A stretch of DNA of 62,365 nt, filler included, from Collodictyon triciliatum (taxonomy: Eukaryota), in NCBI GenBank assembly GCA_043381765.1. It is 5 parts of 5 records of this genome, joined end to end, with 100 filler letters (N's around TTAATTAATTAA, not from the genome) between each part and the next. Parts side by side here need not be neighbours in the genome. Positions count along the whole stretch, not along the records: positions 32,467 to 48,573 come from JBHJMP010001583.1; positions 48,674 to 60,966 come from JBHJMP010001619.1; positions 61,067 to 62,365 come from JBHJMP010001727.1; 2 more parts are not named here. One strand, 5' to 3'. The notes beneath the pieces were generated by a model that saw only the letters and a program-made list of their open reading frames with translations, did not search any database and was not told the DNA's origin. Positions 45,801-62,365 of this stretch are shown piece after piece; position 1 is the first letter of the stretch; the number at the start of each line of letters is the position of its first letter. A program made the position numbers and the translations under genes.

Positions 45801-46982
45801 TATTATTGTTGTTATTATTATTATTACTATTACTATTATTATTATTATTGACTGTGCTGTTTATTTGTTTTTTAGAATGGGTAAATGCACCTTTAGATAT
45901 GGTTTTAACAAAAAAAAAAAAATACAATACTATACTATAGCATTCAGCCAGAACAAAAAAAATTTCGAAGCTCTTCTAAAAGACTATAACGTCACCTATG
46001 ATTCCAGTTGGCATAGGGTATACATTCTAAATTCGCAATCTAATAACTTGGCTTTTATTCTTCTCCTTTTGTAATGTATTTTTGAATTGATTTACATCTA
46101 CACAGATTAAAGAGAAGATAAGATCAGACAAGCGATATACCTGTCTTGGTTCAAACGAGAGAGAAACTGTATTTCGAGAGTATCGTAGTAACCTAGAAAA
46201 AGAGCATGACGAGGAGAAAAAAAAGAGGGAGCGGGAGAAAGAAGCGATGTTCGTATCTAATTTTGTCAATTTAATATCACTTTTGTGTCTCTTCAGCAAC
46301 TCATAATATTGGTGGTAAGGTATGTTCGAGAGAAAGAGGTTAAACGACAAAGAGAACAAGATGAAAAGATTCGTGATAGTCGCTTGCGAAGATACCAACA
46401 CGAGGAGGCAATCACAAAAGCCGAAGTCTTATTTAGTGAGAAAGTGCACAACCAAGATGTAAGTGATTTGGAGCTCTCGGTTTTTTCTTCTATCTCATGG
46501 CTACTGTTTTCTTTCTCCTGTTTCTTCGATCCGATATTTTTGCCTTCTGTCCCATCACCTGATTGCTACCCAATGCGCTGGCAGTTCTGACGATAGAAAA
46601 GAAAAGGCAGAAGCTGGAATATTCTATTAGTAAATGATTTAATGTACACCGTACACTTGTGAATGTATATTTCCACAGGCAAAATGGAAAAAGGTATACA
46701 AGACCCTAAAGCATGACCCCCGATTCGACATCGATACCTTGGGCCTCACCGAATTGGAGAGGATATTTGACCGTCACGTCAGCAAACTCATTCGGGTAAT
46801 CCGCAACACCTCATCGTGGATATACATGTCCGAATCTCTCACGACTAACTGACAAACCATTCCACTAATGAAAACCATTCTCCACCTGACAACAGACCCA
46901 AAAGCGCAGCAAGAGGCTGGAGGCGGAGGCTGGCCAACTGTTAGGAAAGGGCGGCTCGGACGACAGCGACCAGGACGAATAA
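42825..46982 (+). CDS. TCERG1: TCERG1/PRP40-like WW + FF domain protein, about 15 exons
   Basis: Pro-rich N-terminus; WW domains WAVHTTPEGKKYYYNKTTKETTWKKP and WMKVATDKGKFYYHNTTTKETVWKVP; FF repeats FKSLLREKKINQFSKWEKELHKIAFDSRY, KDDPRF, RSDKRY and KHDPRF; TAA at 46980-46982. Confidence 0.88.
44557..44721. repeat. (TTC)n intronic microsatellite
   Basis: Perfect trinucleotide array beginning just after donor GTTTCA at 44550. Confidence 0.95.
45709..45850. repeat. (ATTATTGTTGTT)n intronic compound microsatellite
   Basis: Read directly. Confidence 0.92.
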
Positions 46983-47867
46983 ACCCCTGCCCTCTTTTTG
47001 AAAAGAATTGCTCCGCCATTAAGTGTGTAACGCACGGCTTGGCAAGGTTGGCTTTCGCGCACTCGCAGTTGCGTCGTTTCGATGAGGGTGTGCGATGTGT
47101 TGGGCTCATCATATGGATGGTCCAGCTTAATTGTGGTTACCTGAGGTGCTGTTGGTTGTGTATTTGTTTCTTGTTTTTTTCGTTTATCAGAGCCAACGAG
47201 AATGTGGTTGTTTCTTATTAAACGTATGTCGGGTGCAACAGGTGGCGGAGACGCCATTGATGAGGCCGCTCCACTGTTTTCGGCACCCCGCTGGAATCTC
47301 GTGGATTCGCTTCTACCGATACATTTGTGAACGGGCTGGCAACTTGGCGTGACTGCAAGAGACCCGCACACCAGACCGGCAGAATTTCTCGGATGCGTTT
47401 AGTAAATTTAGTGTTTGAAGCCAGTTGCCATGCGCAAGACAGTTTAATAGGAAAGGAGCATGCTGCGCCGAATTTGGCAAACACTCGACACGTTGGGTGT
47501 CCATGTCGAATATACATTTCTGGAAATTATACAAGAATATCATTGAAGGTTTATTAGGAGCGATTGGTAGACTTATAAATACAAATTATTAAATATTTGA
47601 ATGCTAATAAACATATTATAATAACTAGAATATTCTAGTGCATAAATTTCCGTTACGCATCAAATTTAAACGTTCAAATCCTACATGATAACCGCCAGAA
47701 GTGAATCAGTATCAAGCGGGCAGGCATCGAGTTGAATCTGCCCAAAACACAACAAGTTGCAACCAAAATTAAAAAAACCCCACTCGCACCCCGGCCAAAG
47801 CTCGAGCACAAACTAAACCAATCTACCCGAAAATAACTGACAAAGTTCTACCCATTTCTGCCACTAA

Positions 47868-48573
<706 letters not shown>

Positions 48574-48673
48574 NNNNNNNNNNNNNNNNNNNNNNNNNNN
48601 NNNNNNNNNNNNNNNNNTTAATTAATTAANNNNNNNNNNNNNNNNNNNNNNNNNNNNNNNNNNNNNNNNNNNN
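48574..48673. other. Artificial contig spacer
   Basis: 44N-TTAATTAATTAA-44N. Confidence 0.97.
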
Positions 48674-49062
48674 TTTTTTTGGAAATTTGGGGAAATAATT
48701 TTTTTTTTTTTTTTTTTTTTTTCCCTCTTCCCTTTTTTTTTTTTTTTTTTTTTTTTTTTCCTCTTTTTCTTTGTTCTCCCAAAGACACAAAGTAATATTC
48801 GTTTCACAGCAGAATATTTTCATTTTTTATAGAGAAATAAAAGGGAAAAAAAGCATCGCTGTTTATTCCTTTTTTCGCATCTAGACTGGATCAACAAGAA
48901 TGAATGTTCAGGGCCATCAGGGTTTGTATTGTTTTTTGTTCTTAACCATACGAACGGAGCATAAAATGGATTGGGAAAGTATGAATCTGGACAGATAGAA
49001 ATAAGACGACAAGCGAATAAATAAATATATTTTTCTTCTCTTTTCTACCCTGGGCGCACGAA

Positions 49063-52000
49063 TCAGCTCGAAGGATGGAAGTTAATTAGGGACTCGCATA
49101 TGGCAGTGAAGCTGGGACGGTTCTCCGGGTTTGGCTGGATGCATCGGTCAGCTAGATAGCGAAGATGTGAGAGAGACTCCGGGATGGACCTGAGGGAGGC
49201 CTCGATGGAGTTGTGGTCCTTTTCAGTGATTTCCAGGTCCATTGTAGTGATTTCCACCATAAAGACACCAAAGGAGTATGCATCTGCCTGCTGATTCACT
49301 GAGTTGCGTGCTCGCCCGCCTTTGATTTCCGGTGCAATGAAACCAGGTGTACCCACCACGCTTGTGATGCGCGTAAGCCGTGTCGGATGACAAGATTTCG
49401 CCACCCCAAAGTCACACAGTTTCACCTGTTGGATAGCCCCGCTTTCATTCACATCCACAAGAACATTGCTTGCCTGCAGATAAGCGAAAATAAATAAATA
49501 AAAATGGGGTAAATATGGTGATAGTAGAGGAGAAAAATGCAGTCAATTTCGTATATATGTAAACATAGCATTCAATAAATATATATCCATCATATGATAT
49601 AAAAAAAATGTAGAAGTATCCATCACAGAAACCAAGTAAAAATTTGTTTCGGAATAATTTACTTTCAAGTCACGATGTGCAATTGGGATGGGAAGATTAT
49701 GAAGATAACGAACTGCGTCTGCAACAGCCCCACAAAAAACTTTCAGCTCTGCCCCGCTAAACATACGTTTGTTTCTCTTTTGTTTCTTTATCAAATCACG
49801 TAAAGAGAACGGAAAGTACTCCATGTAAAGCCGATATTCTCTTTCTAGGTACTGGAATAAGAAACCGGTTTGAATAATTGATATATGCATCATCAAAAAA
49901 TGTGGAGAAGGTGGCCTAAAAGGTATATTGATATTACCACCCTATCTTCATCGTACGAGATTGGTATCTGAGTTGTTTCTTGATGATAATCATAAAAAAT
50001 TATATATATACATATAAATCTAGGAAGCAAGTACCTGATGTCCTAGGTATTTTACAATGTTGGGATGGTCCACAGAAGTTGACAAAAACTCGATTTCGCA
50101 CTTGAGCAGTGTCAAAGCCTCCCCTGCCTCCAGAGAAAAGTCATTCCGCACAATTTTGACCGCAGCCAATGCCCCGTCAATGGTGCACTTGCGAACAACA
50201 CCGAACGAGCCACGACCGACCTCGGCTCCCATAACAACAATTGATTTGGGCGTCAGCGTCGGTAAAGCTATTCGAGAATCATGTGAGAGTAGGTAGTTTG
50301 AGAATGAGATCATGGAAGGACGAAGCAATAATAAATTCAGAAATAGAATGTGTGTTTCTATAACTTGTCCACAGAAATGCTTTTCAATTAAAGTTTTGAT
50401 ATAGAAGGGGAGATGATTCACTTTGTGTCGGCTTACACAGTTCAATACCTGGCTTATGGGGATGGTCGTCCAAATTCAAAGATTCTTGACCAGCAGGTTT
50501 CTGACCCTTTGCGTCAGCGCTACTATCACCCGCCGTAACCACGTCCTTGCTCTTGTTTGTTTGCAAATCCGGTCTTGTGTCTTGTGCAATGGGCCGAGCG
50601 CGTATATTTTCTCCTTCCGAACTTGTCCTTGCCCTTGTATATTCATGGCGAATAATCGGGACAGCTGTCTTCATGTTTCCAACTTCGTTTGTATCAGAAG
50701 GTATCAAACCAGGTCGGTTTTGTGTTGGTTCTTCTTTGTTCGGACGCCTAGAGTTGGGTTGCTTGGTCTGACTCGGCTGTGATAGCATTTCAGATGGCGA
50801 AGACATATATGCTTCAGACTTCATCGCTCCTGAATTTTGTGATGATATTGAAACCGCTGTGGGCGATTGATGAGTAAGCGGTGCCGTTTTTTCATGTGAG
50901 ATTTGCCTCGAGCCTATATCGGGAGCTGGACTGCTTCTATGTTGTTGAATAAATAACGAATGAATATATAACCATTCGAATAAACTGAAGTATATCGCGC
51001 CAAATTTTAATTTGAAAAAATCATCAATATTCATAAGATTGGTAAATCATCCAAGCAGATAAGACATAAAAATTATTTACAAATCACTGTTATAAATGTA
51101 AATGTACACTAAATTCATACGGTTTTTTCTCTGGTGCATAATCAGCATGAAGGTTTTCGACTTTGTCTGCGGTGATATTTTGATAATTCGATATGGTAAC
51201 TGGAGAAGTTTGACTGATTTGCTCGTCTATCGAAAGCTTGTTTGTGGATGCAGTGATGAGTTGACTCAGATTCTCGATATGGAGAGAGACCCGTGGTGAA
51301 GGAACAGGGCTATTTGAAAGAAAGGATATATCTGCCGTCTGGATATTTCCTACTGTAAACATACTTTTCACACCACCAGCTTTCCTCCTCGCCGCGATGG
51401 CTGCTATGTCGAGACTGCTCCTAACAACCAAAGGCTCTTGCTCTTCTTTTTTTGTAGTGACCGATTTATCCACCGGAATGTGTGAACCGCTGATGGTCTT
51501 TGAGTCAAACCTTTGCCCGTAATGTGACGCCAAGTTTTCTTGTGGAGCCAATCCATTTGGTGGGGCCTTGGACTCTGCTACCACAGCACTGGCCATAGTA
51601 CTTGTGTTTCTGGCGACTGAACCATCTATCATTGTCGACGAAGGCGAATGGGTTTCAAATGAAGACGTTTTGGGGGCGTTTGTTTGTGATTGGTTCGCTT
51701 GTTGCTGACTGCCACTGTTAACTCTATCTCGTATATCACCTGATTTTATTTGTTTGCTTGAAGTTGAGTCCCACGCATTGGTCCGTTCAATGCAACTTGG
51801 ATATTCTTTTGGGGAGATTTGTGATTTCGCCATATCCCCACGTTCACCGTTCCTTGGGGGCGTTGGTTGCCTTGTAGACGATATCTGCTTCTGAGGAGAT
51901 GCCGGGCGGTGGAATTCGTGCATGGCCCTTGGGGCGAAAGGTTCGGCAGTATTGAAAATGCTTGTGTCGTGGTTACCCAACTGCACAGTAGGGCTCTTGG

Positions 52001-54854
52001 ATATAAAATCATGTGTTTCTGCGTGTGTGCTCGCAAGGTTGGATGGCGCGTTTTGTTTCAATGGACCGTATTGGGTGCTAGTGTTTGTGGTGTTTGAATT
52101 GGCTGCGTTGGTGTGGTTTGTTGAAGTAGATATTCCAGACACAAGATTTGACGGCACTGTTTCGATTGAAGCTGCAGCTATAGAAATCTCCATATTGGGG
52201 AGTGCATACTCTACCGCAGCATGATTGCTTTTTTGCATGGTTGGATACCCTATATTGGAATCAACCCTTGCTGTTTCTATCTGATTTTTCTTCTGCCCGT
52301 CAACACCCAGATGATGTCTTCGCGCAGGAAAGGAGGACCTTAATGGGTCCATAGGATTTTCTCCAGTGAATTCTGGTGGATTTGTAATTGGGTTTGAGCT
52401 TTTTGTTTTATGACCGAGATTGGCCGTGTTGTAGAACTGATAAGAAAACGGTTGTGGTCCCTCATTTTGTGACACCGAAGGACGAGCCCCATGTGGAGAT
52501 GATTGCGTTCGAGATGAGCTTTCCTTTGGGCGTAGTTGCTCCGATGGAAGAATTGGTTGTCGTATATCTGTTCGAGGTTCTGGTCGATGCTGATATTTTA
52601 AATAATTTGGTCGGTAACTTTCCTGGTCTGTCACCCTTGTTTCAGCTACTTTTGTATTTACGTTTGTGCCTAAAGAATGTTGATGGCTTTGATTGTGATT
52701 AATGTTCTGGGTTCTATTAGAGTCATTGCTGATGGGGTTATGATCTATTCCATAGAATTCAACCTGTTCAAGTCTCTTCTCAGTATTTTCGTGTTGGTGT
52801 GATGGGTTCCCATCCCTTAAGGAAGAATATGCGAGTTTTCTCCACTTTTCACCTGCATTTAGATTGCTCTCAGGATTTGATGGCACAGAAGTCCCTTGAT
52901 ATTCTTGCCTGAACTGAGATGCATGATATTTCATTTGTTCGTCATGAAGTACAATTACATCTTTTGTAGTGTCCTTCGCTATATGTGTGTTTTGAGAAGA
53001 GCCGCTATGATGCAATCCTTTTTGATTGCTGCCAGCATATTCAGCTCTTTTTTGAGACTGATGTTCCTGTTGGGGTTGCGGTGTGGAAGCTGAAGCTGCT
53101 AGTGCGCGGGTGTTGGAATACATACCAATTGATTCAGATTCCCAGTAAGGATAGCTTGAGAAGCGATTTTGAATGCCAATGTCATTAGAGTCGGTTTTCT
53201 TCTGCTGGTCAATTATTTGCTGGCTTTGGGATAAGAGCATTTGTGCTTTTGAACCCTTGGTTAGTTGCCCTTGTGATTCTACGTGTCCGTTTTGTATTGA
53301 CTGAGCAACTTCGTCAGTGGGTTGCGGCTTGGTTAAGAAGGACGCTTGGTAAGATTTATTACCTACCTTTTGTTGGTAGTCAGGATGGCTATCCCGGTCG
53401 ATTGCGAACTCGTCCTTCGGGTTTGTAATATATTCACCTGAGGCTTTTTGTCTGTCAGACCCTGACGATGTTTGACTAGATTTTCGTGAATGTTCAACGT
53501 TCCTGTCTGCGTGGGAGCTTCTGTTCATCAGCTCCATGGATGGCCTTACTAACCCCGAGGTTTGTACTTGTTGGCTAGTGTGGTCCATATTTGGTGCAAT
53601 CGCATCCAGCTGTGAGTTTGATATTTCTGCCTGTTGTCGAGATTCGACTTGATATGATGGCTTAGACATTTGTGTAACGTGGGGCTGTGTTTGGTATGGT
53701 TGCTGCATATGAACGTATTGGCCTTGGTATGAGTGTCCTTGATTCAGTGGGAGAGATTGATCCGATTTTTTTGAAGGATGTTGCTCCTGCATCAAATCTT
53801 TTTCGTGCTTTGAGGAGTGAATCTCATTTGATTGGGCTTGCTGGGACTGTTTCTGGTTGACATATTTCTGGTTCGGTCCCTGTGCTTCTTGTCTAACGTC
53901 TGGTACCTGTGTTGGTTGTGCTGATTGTGCTGATTGTCTTGATTGTACTGGTTGTCTTGATTGTGCTGATTGTGCTGATTGTGCTGATTGTCTTGATTGT
54001 GCTGATTGTGCTGATTGTGCTGGTTGTGCTGATTGTGCTGATTGTGCTGGTTGTGCTGATTGTGCTGGTTGTGCTGATTGTGCTGATTGTGCTGGTTGTG
54101 CTGATTGTGCTGGTTGTGCTGGTTGTGCTGATTGTGCTGGTTGTGCTGGTTGTGATGCTTGTCTTGGTTGTGCTGGGTGCGTTGGATGTATTGCCTCTGA
54201 GAAAGGGATATTTTTAGTGGGCGCAGATTCATGCGCGCGACTTGGGGACGTGTATCTCTGGTTTGTATGTGAGACGTGTTGCATCGGCAAAGGTGAGCTG
54301 CGAGGAGAGGCAGAAGCTTGTTTATGTCCTTGGTGAACTGTTCCATCCAACTGGGAAAGCATATCAACTAGGCGAATTTTCTGGCGGTCGTCAATAGGCG
54401 CGGTGTATGGCCGAACCAGGTGGTGCGTTTTGTTAGCAGGAAAGTGTGGGTGATGTGGAGAGGATGCGTTTGAAGAGTGTTCAGATGAATGCACGGATGT
54501 ATCTTGAAATGGGTGCGGTTTGGCCAAAGAAAATGGCTGCGGTTGGGATCGTGGGATGCGTCCTTGTCTTGGGCTGTTAAGGCCGATTGGCCCATTCGTA
54601 TGAGAGGCTGGTTGCATTCGTGCTGGTGAATGTCTGGATTCTCCCTTTTACCTTTCTTTCTACTCTGCTATATATGTTACTATTATGTTTTTATTAGCTT
54701 TTTCATGTTTTTTTTTTTTTGGTGTGTGTTTTTTTTGGCTACGTGTCTTTAGATATTTAGATAAATCGTTTGTCCATGCGGCTGGGACTCGGCTATCGGA
54801 ACGATCTTTTGCATCTTCCCGCAGATTAAAAAGGCTAGTGGAAGGGAAATCCAT
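49063..54854 (-). CDS. Protein kinase (TKL-like) with a very long Q/S/P/H-rich N-terminal region
   Basis: GRGSFGVV, AAVK, EIEFL, HPNIVKYLG, HRDLK|ASNVL, DFG, GTPGFIAPE, DAYSFG and CIQPNPENRPSF. A low-complexity exon of about 3.5 kb (51090-54617) precedes it. Whether the start is 54854 or 54617 is uncertain. Confidence 0.85.
53909..54180 (-). repeat. Coding 9-nt minisatellite encoding (QPA/QSA/QSR)n
   Basis: CAACCAGCA/CAATCAGCA units in frame within the kinase ORF. Confidence 0.9.
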
Positions 54855-55243
54855 GGAAATATATAAAAGTAGTTGGCAAGTTTGCTGATCGATTCAATAT
54901 GCACTTTGAGTCGTATGCAGCCAACCTTTAACGGGAGGAAAAAAGAAAGAAAAAGAAAACCGAATGCATCGAATGCGACAGACACCGCTGAGTTTCGTAT
55001 TTCAAGCTTGTTTGATTTGATTCATTGGAGTGGAATGATATTATTTCCACATTTGTAAAAGGGTGGAGTGCGGTTTTGTATCTGTCTTGGGTTCGTTCGC
55101 CACCTCACCTCCTTGTATCCGGCCGTGCTTTTCTTTCACCAGTCATTTGTTTCCATGCTTCGTTTATTCCTGCCAAAATCAGCGCTTGGTCTGCAAGCTC
55201 TGAATGCTAGCACAGACAGAGTTGTTCTTCTTTGATGGAAGCT

Positions 55244-59077
<3,834 letters not shown>

Positions 59078-60523
59078 TCTCGTCCCTGTCGGTTGATTGA
59101 TTTTTATTGTTGGTCTCGAAAGCACTATCAGCAGGGAGAATCGCTTCAGAGATAACCTGCATGATAACCATATGCGCTTGATCTACAGAGTGGTTCGCTT
59201 CCTTGCAGATGTTGTTTGTGTTTGCGCAGGTTTTGATGAAAGAGAAAACCCCTCCGCATAAATCACCCGAATCTTGCGATTTGTTTTGCACCCTTTTCCA
59301 GAAATGGTTTGTGTGGTCTTTTTATTATATGTGGAATTTAGTAGCATCACTGTGCTTTTCATATAGATTCTCTTACAACGTCAATTGAGCACTATATAGT
59401 GTTATTATAATATCATTTATTGATATGTATATAACATTACATCTTCTGCTCCACACATGACTCCTTCCCACTCCCCAAATCTCCGCTGAAGGACGTGGAT
59501 GCAGAATGTACCCATGCGAAAAGATTCACTGAATGATTTCACCCATATAATAATATATTATGGGCCTCAAAAGTCAACTTCATTAAAATTCTCTTGATTT
59601 GTATTATTCTCTGGCGCTTGTTTGCCAGTTTTTTTCTCGATCAATCCAAGGCAAATCAAATCAGAAAAACATGCGAAGGACCGAAGATCCACAAAGTCCA
59701 ACGAAGCAGCCGCAAGCAGAGAACTTAAGCCTGACAAAGACTTGCTTCCAACAAAGCGCCGCTGCAGGGAGCGAGAGAAGCAAAAGAAACAAGCAGAGAA
59801 GGAGAGCCTCATGTTTCTTGAAAGCTCCCTGGATCATCCTTTTTCAGCTTGTCTTAACATGGTCCAGAACCGAAGCCTTCTTTTCTTCTCTTCGATCCTT
59901 GCTGTCCACTCTTTCTTATATGAGCTAGGTTTTCTGAGAAAAATATATTCCCACTTGCTTCCAAGAAACTTGATCCTCCACTCTCTCTACACTTTCAACT
60001 CAGTGTTTGCGAGACTCCCGCCTCTGAACTATGAGCCCTCTGTCAGCTTTGATTGTCGCTCTGCTCTAAGCTCTTTCTCCCCTAAAGAAGAATTATGCAG
60101 CAAAAGTATCCCCAAACGAGCTTAACACAAGCAAGGAAGAAAACCATACTTTACATCGATTCTCCACAATTAAACTCTCTAGAAAAGAGTGGTGTTCAAC
60201 TGAGGAGCTTTTTTTCTCCCTCTTTCTCTTGTCGTTTCTTTCCAATAGCCCTTCTTTACTAAAGGTCCTTCATGAATAACCTTTTGTCACTGGACAATTT
60301 AGTTCCCCTTTCCCCTCATCTGCACCATCACTTTTAATAGTCAAAGCCGCACAACTTAAGAGTTTGCCATCCTACCTCTTCCCTCCTTCCCTCTAAGACA
60401 AAGACACAAACAAAGACACAAAGTCATAAATACAAAATAAAAATAAAGTGTTTGCAAAGGTTATTTCATTTGTATTTTTATGAAACAGACGCATAGAGTA
60501 ACCTCTTTCTCAAAGACAGAACC

Positions 60524-60771
60524 ATGAGCTCGTCTTCGTCTGCCGGCCCATCGGAGGATCCCAACGCCGCCGCCCTGGACAACCTCAACAGCGACATGCA
60601 CGCAGAAGATCAACTGGATTCTGAGCCAAAGTCGCTCCTGCTCTCCATCATTTCGCAGCTGTCAGTCGGAATGGACTTGTCCCGTGTAACGCTGCCCACT
60701 TTTGTGCTGGAACCCCGTTCACTGCTTGAGAAGCTAAGCGACTTCATGAGCCATGGGCAACTCTACGCCAC
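60524..60771 (+). CDS. Oxysterol-binding protein-related (short ORD-type) protein, first exon
   Basis: SLLLSIISQLSVGMDLSRVTLPTFVLEPRSLLEKLSDF followed by donor GTAAGT at 60772; truncated. Confidence 0.9.
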
Positions 60772-60845
60772 GTAAGTTTCTTTTCGCAAGTACCCTGTTA
60801 CCAAAGATGTCATTCAAGAGATGTTCCCACTTGAAGTATTTCCAT

Positions 60846-60966
60846 TTTCTCTTTCTCTTTCTCTTTCTCTTTCTCTTTCTCTTTCTCTTTCTCTTTCTCT
60901 TTCTCTTTCTCTTTCTCTTTCTCTTTCTCTTTCTCTTTCTCTTTCTCTTTCTCTTTCTCTTTCTCT
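60846..60966. repeat. (TTTCTC)n hexamer repeat at the contig end
   Basis: Tandem array running into the N spacer. Confidence 0.94.
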
Positions 60967-61066
60967 NNNNNNNNNNNNNNNNNNNNNNNNNNNNNNNNNN
61001 NNNNNNNNNNTTAATTAATTAANNNNNNNNNNNNNNNNNNNNNNNNNNNNNNNNNNNNNNNNNNNN
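60967..61066. other. Artificial contig spacer
   Basis: 44N-TTAATTAATTAA-44N. Confidence 0.97.
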
Positions 61067-62246
61067 TATCGAAACCACTCCAAACAACCTGTAACCTGGA
61101 CCATCGTGGTAAATAAAAAATGAAAGTTAATAAACTTACACTTCGAAGTATATATGAGAAATACATATAATGCATTAGCTAGATATTAAACCACATAGGT
61201 ATATGGTCAATCTGTTGAGATATTTCATATTTAAACACACCTACCGTCTCTACTCCTTGTCTCGCTTCTTTCAATCCACTACTTTAACAAGTAAGCAGTT
61301 AGGGAAATTAAAAAAATGTTGGCTGCAGTTTTTCCAATTCAATTTACAAAGTTAAACATTTTTTGTTTGTTTACTCGATTGAAAGTTGAATTTTCAAATT
61401 TATCATTTTCTTCATTAACAGTCATCGAACTTATAATTTAACAACCTTTTGCACTGGACAGAATCTATTTTTTGTGACATTCTCGTTTGGTAATAGTTTT
61501 CAATTTCAGATATCTCAATTTAAATCCTGTTCATTTAATTTTCATTTATGAAACATTTGATTCGATGCCTCTATTTTCAAAATTATTTTTTATTGTACTC
61601 CATCTAACCCGAGTGTATTTTGACTTGTGATGTGCAAAGCTGTCCAAAAACGCTGTCATTTATATAATACAACCACCAAATTCGGTCGCGTTATCAAGCC
61701 TGGTGCACTTTTTGATGGAAAGGCATCAGCGGAATAGTTTCCACTTGCAAATATGAATTTCTCTTATCGGATTCAAATGAATCATATTCCTGAGGCGGTG
61801 ATAAATAAAAATTGCCTTGCTGTAGTGGTCGTAATGTTCTGGTCTCCCTTTAATAAAGTTCTTGTATATTTTTATAGCTTAATATTTGCAATTATGTATA
61901 TGCTTTCTATCTTTTGGTATAAGTAATTCACTAATTCATGATGCATTCATATTGTACATGTTTGCTGAATATCTTGTTTTTTTCTATGTATAGTGATTAT
62001 TAAATATATTGTTTCCGTGCTGTGTGATGGTGCATAGACTTATTGTGTGCGCACACTGTAATTAAATGCAAATACTTTTATATCATTGTATCGATATATA
62101 CTTTATATTATCTCTTCCAATGGAAATTGTACATATCTATTCTGCGGAGTTCCATAAGTTTATGGTATCAGGGAACCTTTTCGCCCTGTGTTACTTTTCC
62201 ATAGGCAGTGATTTGTATTCTGTATATTACTTCATCATGCAAGGAA

Positions 62247-62318
62247 TCCCAGATAGTATAGTGGTGAGTATCCCCGCCTGTCACGCGGGAGACCGGGGTT
62301 CAATTCCCCGTCTGGGAG
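62247..62318 (+). tRNA. tRNA-Asp (GTC), intronless
   Basis: Acceptor stem TCCCAGA/TCTGGGA, D arm TAGTATAGTGG, anticodon stem CCCGC-CTGTCAC-GCGGG, T arm GGTTCAATTCC, 72 nt; TTTT Pol III terminator at 62324-62327. Confidence 0.97.
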
Positions 62319-62365
62319 ATAACTTTTGCCCTTTCTTTTGGTGTGGGCATCAGGGAGGAACGAAT

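Noticed and set aside
53857..54336. Cys-rich CADCAGC 'metallothionein-like' ORF on the plus strand
   Set aside because: It is the antisense reading of the QPA/QSA coding minisatellite; the NQH and VLI ORFs are the same artefact.
59567..60125. ORFs upstream of the OSBP-related gene
   Set aside because: No motifs and overlapping frames of similar length; more likely 5'UTR or promoter sequence.
62247..62318. tRNA-targeted retrotransposition linking the RT fragment and tRNA-Asp
   Set aside because: They lie on different contigs and no retroelement sequence is visible upstream of the tRNA.

Overview
Eukaryotic, AT-rich, intron-dense genomic DNA in the standard genetic code (TAA, TAG and TGA all end genes), most likely from a flagellated protist. 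The window is not one locus: four 100-nt spacers (44 N + TTAATTAATTAA + 44 N) join five unrelated contigs (1-16133, 16234-32366, 32467-48573, 48674-60966, 61067-62365). Manual splicing supports these genes: a ZupT/GufA-type ZIP transporter, an Arf6-like GTPase, an intronless LRR-TPR-Sel1 protein, glycerol kinase, NCKAP1/Nap1 (partial), a large axonemal-dynein-light-chain-domain/EF-hand protein, CLEC16A (partial), a secreted protein (first exon), GTPBP1/2, a small TPR protein, an intronless GT92 glycosyltransferase, TCERG1/PRP40-like, centrin (partial), a large low-complexity protein kinase, SRP68, an OSBP-related protein (first exon) and tRNA-Asp(GTC). Signals not shown by the ORF track: a non-LTR (L1/Tx1-like) reverse transcriptase fragment at 16234-16518(-), an identical 14-mer ATGCGGAAATTATA between two divergent gene pairs, and frequent GTT-type 5' splice sites. 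I cannot demonstrate a new multi-gene system; the best leads are the LRR-TPR-Sel1 architecture, the RT fragment and the promoter motif. All family calls are from motif recognition by eye, with no database searches.
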